Source: an uncultured archaeon
GTDB lineage: Archaea > Asgardarchaeota > Thorarchaeia > Thorarchaeales > Thorarchaeaceae
Direction of reading: 5' to 3'
Assembly (NCBI GenBank): GCA_964648855.1
Contig: CAZYLT010000001.1
Coordinates: 120,001 to 152,000, forward strand
Length of the DNA stretch: 32,000 nucleotides
Under the pieces are notes generated by a model. The model made no database searches and had not been told where the DNA came from. It saw only the letters and a list, made by a program, of their open reading frames with translations. Positions 26,417 to 32,000 of this stretch are shown here, one piece after another. The position numbers and the translations under genes are program-made. Numbering within the stretch: the stretch's first letter is position 1; each line of letters starts with the position of its first letter.

Positions 26417-28021
26417 CTATGTGAAAACTACATCATGTAAGTGGTAGTCCCAACTGACTGCACCGTACGTAAGTCCTTCAACATTGCCTCTGCTGAATTG
26501 ATATCGAGTTTCTCTCCAAACGAAGATGTTTGGTACCCATTCGGCCCAAATGTCTTGGAGCTCTTCCAGAATCTCGACCTTTCTTGTACTGTTGGTTGTG
26601 GCTGCAGCCTCTGCAACGAGATTATCTACATATGGATACAGACCAGCCATGTCGCCTCCCATAACGTGGGAGAAACCAGGTCCCCAACCAGTGGAAGCGA
26701 TGAACTGTGAGGCCCAATCGTCCGTGGATGGATAGTTAGCGCTCCATGCCCAGAGATTCATCTCTTGAGCTGCACTCTGTTTGTAGCTATCCTTGTAGGC
26801 AGCATACTCTTCTTGTACGATAGTCACATCAAAGCCGGCATCTTCAGCATAGCTCTGAATGAGAGTAGCGATATCGGGCTCTGCACTACCGTAGTGTGTG
26901 GGGGTTATGTGAAGAGTTACCTCTACTGGGGTTGTGTGGCCTGCGTCAGCAATCAATTCCAGCGCCTTAGTGGCGTTGTAGTCGTAGTCAAAGACAGCCT
27001 TGTATCCTTGATACTCTGGTGGTAGGAAGCTGTATTGCCTCTCACCAAGTCCACCAAGTCCAGTGGCGATGATCTCATCATAGGGTATTGCATAGGCGAA
27101 TGCTTGTCTCATGGTCTTATCGGGGAAAACATCCCAAATTGAATCATTCATGTTGAATGTGAGCCATCTGCGAGAGGCACTTGCGCTAACATCGTGTGTA
27201 ATCAGATCAGAGTTCTGGAGTAGGCTTGAGTAGTCAGCAAGATTGAATCTACCATCAGTTGTATCAATCGTGCCATCTTCGATAGCCAATTTCAAGGTTG
27301 CTGCATCAGAGAGCTGTACGAAGACCACTTCATCAAGAGTGATTTCTTCGCCCGCATCGAGTCCCCACCAATTCGGGTTATCCTCAAGGACGACTTCTGT
27401 GTCAACAATTTTACTCACAAACCTGAATGGGCCGGTTCCGACTGGGTGATCGTTCACATTTTCGACGCCGAATGTTTCAATTGCGGTTGGGCTTGGAATG
27501 AAGCCTGCAATATTACATAGGGTGTCGAGGAAGTCGGAGTTAGGATCATTCAATACGAACTTGACTGAGTACTCACTAACTACTTCTGTGTGGTTTACTA
27601 ATCCTTCAGTGTAGATGTAGGTAATACCTGCACCGTGTGTAAAAATGAGGTCAAAGTAGTAATCTACAGCGCTTGCGTTGAAGGGGGTTCCATCGTGAAA
27701 CATAACGTCTTCTCGGAGTGGAATAGTAACTTCTAGCCCATCAGATGATATTGTGGGTATGTCCGATGCAAGAACAGGCTCTAATTCAAGCGTGTCCTCA
27801 ACATAGCCGTACAATCCCTCGAAAATCTGATTCACAATGGGGTCGTCTCCACCGTGAACTGTGAGTGGATGCACTACTCTTCCAATCTCAAACGTCGTTC
27901 CAACCGTGAATTTCACTTCTCCCTCTGCTGGAGGTGTGGCCGACCAAAAATAGAAAAGTCCGCCGCCCGCAACAAGGGCGATAATGACAATAGCGATTAT
28001 GATATTCTTCGTTTCTGGCAT
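26417..28021 (-). CDS. ABC transporter substrate-binding protein, family 5 (Dpp/Opp)
   Basis: N-terminal anchor helix, IFEGLY, LREDVMFHDGTPFNA, HPVGTGPF, RQAFAYAI. Confidence 0.95.
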   Translation of the reverse strand: MPETKNIIIAIVIIALVAGGGLFYFWSATPPAEGEVKFTVGTTFEIGRVVHPLTVHGGDDPIVNQIFEGLYGYVEDTLELEPVLASDIPTISSDGLEVTIPLREDVMFHDGTPFNASAVDYYFDLIFTHGAGITYIYTEGLVNHTEVVSEYSVKFVLNDPNSDFLDTLCNIAGFIPSPTAIETFGVENVNDHPVGTGPFRFVSKIVDTEVVLEDNPNWWGLDAGEEITLDEVVFVQLSDAATLKLAIEDGTIDTTDGRFNLADYSSLLQNSDLITHDVSASASRRWLTFNMNDSIWDVFPDKTMRQAFAYAIPYDEIIATGLGGLGERQYSFLPPEYQGYKAVFDYDYNATKALELIADAGHTTPVEVTLHITPTHYGSAEPDIATLIQSYAEDAGFDVTIVQEEYAAYKDSYKQSAAQEMNLWAWSANYPSTDDWASQFIASTGWGPGFSHVMGGDMAGLYPYVDNLVAEAAATTNSTRKVEILEELQDIWAEWVPNIFVWRETRYQFSRGNVEGLTYGAVSWDYHLHDVVFT

Positions 28022-28059
28022 CTGGGGTTTCTCCCATGAATAGTAGCCTAGTAAAACCT

Positions 28060-28175
28060 CGCTATAAAAGTATATCGTAAGACTTTGGAAAATCGATAGC
28101 CATTTATAAATTATATGCTAAAAAATACCCCTTCTGTTTAGAGTATATGCATAATATACGATAGAATTTATAACT
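28060..28175. promoter_or_regulatory. AT-rich divergent promoter region with candidate operator
   Basis: TTTATAAA at 28103-28110, TTTATAA at 28167-28173, inverted repeat GTATAT-N5-ATATAC at 28143-28159. Confidence 0.5.
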
Positions 28176-28216
28176 GAGCCTAGTACTATGTGGAAAGCGT
28201 ATTTGGTGACCAAAAT

Positions 28217-29224
28217 ATGGCATTCAAAAAGTACATCATTATTAGACTACTGACAATGCTTGTTGTGGTTTTTGTCCTCTTAACATTCATTTTTTTCGCC
28301 GTTCATATTATCCCCGGAGACCCAGTGGCCTCGATGGTTGGCGAAGGGGCAAGTCAGGAGTTTATTGATTCGGTAAGAGAAAGACTTGGGTTAAATAAAC
28401 CGGTGTATCTCCAATATCTCGACTACGTTATTGGGGTGTTTGCAGGTGATTTGGGGTATTCCATTGTCCTTAGCCAGCCTGTTAGTACAGTCATAATCAC
28501 ACGTGCGGGAGTCACAGTCCAGCTGGCTGTGCTCGCGTGGATTGTTTCTACAATCATAGGAGTAGGAATAGGTAGGTATAGCGCCCAGAGACCTGGAGGG
28601 GTTCAGGATCACTCCATCCGTTCTATTACCTTGTTTCTATATGCGGTTCCAGTATATGTATTGGGCATCATTTGTCAGCTCGTATTTGGAGTCTATCTTG
28701 GCGTATTGCCCATATTTGGAACAAACAGTCCAAATGTAAGGCCGCCACGTATTACCGGGATGATTCTGATAGATACTCTGCTTGCCGCGGATATCTCGGG
28801 ATTCGTTGATGCAGCACTTCATTTTGTCTTGCCAGTACTGGTCCTGTCTGCATATTATATTGCAGTCACAATCAGACTAACCCGTTCAGAAACTATGAAA
28901 GCAATGAAACGAACTTTCTGTCTTCTGGCTCAAGCTAAGGGACTTTCCAAGACGCAGATTGTCAAGAAACACGCTTTCAGAAACGCAATACTACCGGTTA
29001 TTACACTGATTGGACTTCAAGCAGGAACTCTACTGACTGGATCTATCCTAGTTGAAACTGTTTTCTCTTTGAATGGCCTAGGCAATCTCATTTACGTTGC
29101 AGCCTCAGCTAGAGATTACATCCTGATACAGGGGGTAGTTACTGTGTTTGTGTTGATAACGTCCCTGATTGGAGTTATTATAGATATCTCGTACTATTTC
29201 CTTGACCCACGGGTAAGATACTAG
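28217..29224 (+). CDS. ABC peptide-family transporter permease (DppB-like)
   Basis: IPGDP, GLNKPVYLQY, GDLGYS, AQAKGL...KHAFRNA, LDPRVRY. ATG 28217 preceded by GGTGA. Confidence 0.96.
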   Translation: MAFKKYIIIRLLTMLVVVFVLLTFIFFAVHIIPGDPVASMVGEGASQEFIDSVRERLGLNKPVYLQYLDYVIGVFAGDLGYSIVLSQPVSTVIITRAGVTVQLAVLAWIVSTIIGVGIGRYSAQRPGGVQDHSIRSITLFLYAVPVYVLGIICQLVFGVYLGVLPIFGTNSPNVRPPRITGMILIDTLLAADISGFVDAALHFVLPVLVLSAYYIAVTIRLTRSETMKAMKRTFCLLAQAKGLSKTQIVKKHAFRNAILPVITLIGLQAGTLLTGSILVETVFSLNGLGNLIYVAASARDYILIQGVVTVFVLITSLIGVIIDISYYFLDPRVRY

Positions 29225-29232
29225 GAGGTTGA

Positions 29233-30123
29233 ATGATGGAGAGATTCAACAAACTGGTTAGGTCTATTCCGGAGCGCGTTCGAACCAACAGAGTCTGGGC
29301 ACTTGAGAGAGGAGAACGAGCTTCATTTTTCATAGGTGTCATCATAGTGGGAGTTATCATCTTCATGGCAACATTTGCAGACTTTGTTGCTCCATTTGAC
29401 CCCCTAGAAATACATACAGACGCTGTTCTGCAACCACCAGGTTGGCCCTACTTAATGGGTACCGATGCACTCGGAAGAGATGTGTTCAGCAGAGGCATTT
29501 ATGGAACCCGGGTATCACTCTTCGTAGGACTCTTTTCAGTTATTGTGGCCACAATTATTGGAGCAACGCTGGGCGTAATCACTGGATACTATGGTGGAAA
29601 ACTTGATCGTTTGATTACATTGCCCATGGATGCATTGTATTCTTTCCCTGCATTTCTCACAGCTTTGTTAATTGTAACTACACTAGGCGGCGGTCTGATA
29701 TTTACCGCAATTGCTGTTGCTTTTGGGCTTCTGCCCAAGTTCTATAGGACAATAAGAAGTGCATCTGTTGCCCTTAAGGAGGAAGACTTCGTTGAGGCAG
29801 AGGTTTCTATCGGTGCCAGCAACTTGTATATTATATTCAAGCACATCTATCCTTTGACTTTTACAGTGCTAGCAGTTGTTCTCACAGTTAGTGTCGCTAC
29901 CTCAATTCTAAGTATTGCTGGACTAGGATTCCTCGGACTTGGTGTGTCACCACCAACACCTGAATGGGGTTCTGACCTTGCAGCGGGAAGACCGTTCATA
30001 CTCTCTGGAGTCTGGTGGACCACAATGAGTCCAGCAGCCTTCATCTTCTTAACCGTCCTTGGTTTTAATTTGGTCGGCGAGGGTCTGAACAAACTCTTTG
30101 GAGCTGCATTGGAGGAGATATAG
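29233..30123 (+). CDS. ABC peptide-family transporter permease (DppC-like)
   Basis: MGTDALGRD, FVEAEVSIGA, LGFLGLG..PPTPEWG, FNLVGEGL. Confidence 0.96.
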   Translation: MMERFNKLVRSIPERVRTNRVWALERGERASFFIGVIIVGVIIFMATFADFVAPFDPLEIHTDAVLQPPGWPYLMGTDALGRDVFSRGIYGTRVSLFVGLFSVIVATIIGATLGVITGYYGGKLDRLITLPMDALYSFPAFLTALLIVTTLGGGLIFTAIAVAFGLLPKFYRTIRSASVALKEEDFVEAEVSIGASNLYIIFKHIYPLTFTVLAVVLTVSVATSILSIAGLGFLGLGVSPPTPEWGSDLAAGRPFILSGVWWTTMSPAAFIFLTVLGFNLVGEGLNKLFGAALEEI

Positions 30124-30124
30124 A

Positions 30125-31096
30125 ATGGAGAAAGTTCTTGAGGTCAAGGGGATAAAGACAAGGTACTTTACTCCGTCAGGGCAAGTGAAAGCAGTAGAGA
30201 ATGTATCGTTCTCCTTACGGAAGGGCGAAACTCTTGGAATCGCTGGCGAATCCGGTTGTGGAAAGACCACACTAGCAATGTCCATTCTGAGACTACTACA
30301 GCCTCCTCACAAGGTTGTGGAGGGAAGCGTAGAATACAAAGGTGTCGACCTGCTAAAGGTTTCAGAAAAAGAGTTTCAGAACTATCGATGGGACGAGATT
30401 TCCCTTGTCCTTCAGCAATCAATGAATGCGCTGAATCCCATGTTGCGAATTTCAGAACAGATGATTGAGCCAATAATGATTAAGAAAAGCATGAAGAAAC
30501 AGGAGGCTCTGGAGCGAGCAAAGGACCTCTTTAGGATGGTAGGCGTCGAGCCTTCCAGAATCACTAATTTTCCACACGAGTTCAGCGGAGGGATGAAGCA
30601 ACGGGCTCTAATCGCACTCTCAATGATTTCAAATCCTGAGATTATAGTGCTCGATGAACCGACTACCGCACTGGACGTAGTCGTCCAGCATATGATACTA
30701 AAACTGATTGATGATATCACGAAGGAATTCGGGCTCTCAGTCATATGGATTACACATGATTTAGCGGTGCTTTCAGAGATGTGTGACCGCGTAATCATTA
30801 TGTATGCAGGTCGGGTCATGGAGGCCGGAACTTCCGAAGAGGTAATCCTTGATCCTAAGCATCCCTATACCATGGGACTGCTCCACTCCTTCCCAACAAT
30901 TGATCAAACTGACAAAAAATTAGAGTCTATACCTGGAACCCCACCAGACCTCATTGACCCACCACCTGGTTGTCCATTTCATCCTCGCTGTAGTTATGCA
31001 ACAGAAATCTGTAAACAAGATCGACCCAAAAATGAAGAGATACCGGGACGGCCAAATTCACAGATTGAATGTCACCATTGGAGGGAGATTGAATAA
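30125..31096 (+). CDS. ABC peptide-family transporter ATP-binding protein (DppD-like)
   Basis: GESGCGKT, FSGGMKQR, LDEPTTALD, ITHD, HPYT, GCPFHPRC. Confidence 0.97.
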   Translation: MEKVLEVKGIKTRYFTPSGQVKAVENVSFSLRKGETLGIAGESGCGKTTLAMSILRLLQPPHKVVEGSVEYKGVDLLKVSEKEFQNYRWDEISLVLQQSMNALNPMLRISEQMIEPIMIKKSMKKQEALERAKDLFRMVGVEPSRITNFPHEFSGGMKQRALIALSMISNPEIIVLDEPTTALDVVVQHMILKLIDDITKEFGLSVIWITHDLAVLSEMCDRVIIMYAGRVMEAGTSEEVILDPKHPYTMGLLHSFPTIDQTDKKLESIPGTPPDLIDPPPGCPFHPRCSYATEICKQDRPKNEEIPGRPNSQIECHHWREIE

Positions 31097-32000
31097 TGAC
31101 AGAACGAGATAAATCAGGTCATATCATCGAAGTTGAAAATCTGAAGAAGTGGTTCCCATTGAAGAAGGGACTAATGGCCTTGGGTGAAGACAAACATGTC
31201 CGAGCTGTTGATGGGGTTGATTTCTTCATTCGAAACCGAGAAGTATTCGGAATTGTTGGAGAGAGTGGGTGCGGAAAGACCACCCTTGGGAAGCTTCTAG
31301 TAAGATTGCTGGAACCTACTGATGGAAAGCTTGAGTTCATGGGCAAGGACATAACTCACATTTCAATGAAGGAGATGAAAGAAGAGCGACGCCAGGCACA
31401 GATTATTTTTCAGGACCCCTTCTCAAGCCTGCCTGTCAGACTCAACACTGAGGAAATCCTTCAAGAGCCATTCAAAATTCATAAGATGGTTAAGAATGAT
31501 AAAGAGGCCCGAGAGAAGATTATTGAGTTGCTGGAAGATGTAGGGCTAGTTCCAGTTGATGTGTTCTTGGAAAAGCATCCCAACCAACTGAGTGGAGGTC
31601 AACGTCAAAGGCTTAGTATTGCGCGATCGCTGTCACTTAAGCCGAAGTTCATCGTGGCTGATGAGCCAGTGTCCATGCTCGACCTATCAGTTCGAGCTGA
31701 GATTCTAAATCTACTAAGGAAACTTAAAGAGGAACACGGTCTTACGCTTCTTCTGATAACCCATGATTTGGCTAGTGCTCAATACATGTGTGATAGAATT
31801 GGAATCATGTATGTAGGAGTAATTGTTGAGAGAGGGCTCGGAAAAGAGATACTTGATACGCCATACCATCCCTATACAATGCTTTTGAAGGCAGCATTAC
31901 CGACGCTAGATCCAAGAACTAAGCATCATTTAAGAGAGCTCCCTACAGAAGAGGAGATTGCAGATCCAATCGACATTCCGAGCGGTTGTCGATTTCATCC
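31096..32000 (+). CDS. ABC peptide-family transporter ATP-binding protein (DppF-like), 3' end outside window
   Basis: Manual translation from ATG 31096 (TAATG overlap): MTERDKSGHIIEVENLKKWFP...GESGCGKT...LSGGQRQR...ADEPVSMLD...ITHD...HPYT...GCRFH. Missing from the ORF track. Confidence 0.96.
   Translation, partial: MTERDKSGHIIEVENLKKWFPLKKGLMALGEDKHVRAVDGVDFFIRNREVFGIVGESGCGKTTLGKLLVRLLEPTDGKLEFMGKDITHISMKEMKEERRQAQIIFQDPFSSLPVRLNTEEILQEPFKIHKMVKNDKEAREKIIELLEDVGLVPVDVFLEKHPNQLSGGQRQRLSIARSLSLKPKFIVADEPVSMLDLSVRAEILNLLRKLKEEHGLTLLLITHDLASAQYMCDRIGIMYVGVIVERGLGKEILDTPYHPYTMLLKAALPTLDPRTKHHLRELPTEEEIADPIDIPSGCRFH

Noticed and set aside
654-31352. Numerous short antisense or alternate-frame ORFs in the track
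   Set aside because: They overlap well-supported genes, have no family motifs and look like shadow ORFs.
1-32000. CRISPR arrays, tRNA/rRNA genes, IS elements, inteins
   Set aside because: No periodic repeats, cloverleaf, transposase or intein motifs seen by eye. tRNAscan-SE, Infernal and CRISPR finders would be decisive.

Overview
Archaeal genomic window. Evidence: eS17, ATP-dependent DNA ligase, MptA/FolE2, archaeal-type MetRS, and GGAG/GGTG ribosome-binding sites with TATA-like promoters. The gene content suggests an Asgard archaeon such as Thorarchaeia, but this is inference. Left part: end of a succinate dehydrogenase/fumarate reductase sdhAB pair, a DinB protein, a CDF-NifB/NifX fusion transporter, an orphan DNA methyltransferase, a flippase-like fusion protein, rps17e, lig, and queD-mptA (mptA apparently starts at CTG). 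At 10.6-12.7 kb a decayed segment holds two pseudogenes around an intact 50-aa gene with a structured 3' region. Next come metG, a truncated phosphatase, a phosphoribosyltransferase, a fucose-isomerase-like protein, and a membrane-anchored subtilase whose architecture resembles eukaryotic Site-1 protease. From 20.1 kb to the end lies a candidate catabolic locus: a Dpp/Opp-type ABC importer, atypical class III aminotransferase, aspartate-dehydrogenase-like protein, atypical MmgE/PrpD, Lrp regulator, class V PLP enzyme and OCD/mu-crystallin protein. No rRNA, tRNA, CRISPR array or transposase was seen. All family calls come from motif recognition without database searches.
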